DNA from: a virus
Lineage: Duplodnaviria; Heunggongvirae; Uroviricota; Caudoviricetes
DNA: 52,997 nucleotides
Reading direction: 5' to 3' (one strand)
Virus record (IMG/VR): IMGVR_UViG_2585427779_000013
Coordinates: 1 to 52,997 of that record
Positions 52,731-52,997 of this stretch are shown piece by piece; the stretch's first letter is position 1, and each line of letters opens with the position of its first letter. The position numbers and the translations under genes are program-made. Under the pieces are notes generated by a model, which saw nothing but the letters and a program-made list of their open reading frames with translations, ran no database searches and was not told where the DNA came from.

Positions 52731-52997
52731 ATGAAAGATGTTAGCTTGCAATTTACTGATAAACAGCAATACAACGACATTGTGATTAATAGCGGATGGC
52801 TGGACGCCAACTGGTCAACCGTATTTGTTGATGAAATTGGTTTTGTTCCTGTATTCGATGATCCAGAAAGTGAGACACCTGTACTGATTGAGAAAAAAGG
52901 CTATTACGTCAACATGCGCATAACTGGTGACGATGTTGATTTGTCGCCGCTGGAAAAATTCATCGTTCCAGATCCAGGCGTCCGCGCGTGGGCTTGA
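52731..52997 (+). CDS. hypothetical protein, possibly tail fibre-associated (88 aa)
   Basis: GGTGG RBS then ATG 52731; stop codon coincides with window end. Confidence 0.4.
   Translation: MKDVSLQFTDKQQYNDIVINSGWLDANWSTVFVDEIGFVPVFDDPESETPVLIEKKGYYVNMRITGDDVDLSPLEKFIVPDPGVRAWA

Noticed and set aside
1-52997. Search for tRNA, rRNA, CRISPR arrays, integrase and attachment sites
   Set aside because: No T-loop-like GTTCGAATC-type signatures, no regularly spaced direct repeats, and no tyrosine or serine recombinase-like ORF seen; the integrase presumably lies beyond the left edge next to the AlpA-like gene.

Overview
The whole 53 kb window reads as one temperate, lambdoid-mosaic siphovirus prophage of an enterobacterial host; no rRNA, tRNA, CRISPR array or integrase was recognised. 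Layout: minus-strand early/replication arm (1-6801: AlpA-like, NinB, DnaB helicase, HTH-metallophosphoesterase, replication initiator, Cro-position HTH protein); immunity switch (CI-like LexA-type repressor 7108-7755 with a candidate PL-like promoter and ARM-containing N-like protein downstream); plus-strand arm with HNH endonuclease, Erf, SSB, many small ORFs, Dam-like and C5-like methyltransferases, NinG, RusA and a Q-like zinc-finger protein; about 25 densely packed small ORFs; a phage-21-type lysis cassette (pinholin, SAR endolysin, Rz/Rz1); then packaging, head and lambda-like tail genes (tape measure, M, L, K, I, J, tail fibre) interrupted by four reverse-strand moron islands. Most notable unexplained signals: a tandem array of 11 paralogous mini-genes for 22-47 aa single-helix hydrophobic peptides just upstream of the terminase (26120-27076); and a recurrent 10-12 bp motif (TTTACAAAATGG / CCATTTTGTA) at about 20 gene boundaries, often as inverted pairs and flanking every moron island. 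All product calls come from reading the translations and recalling family hallmarks; no database search was run, and start codons were refined by eye from RBS context.
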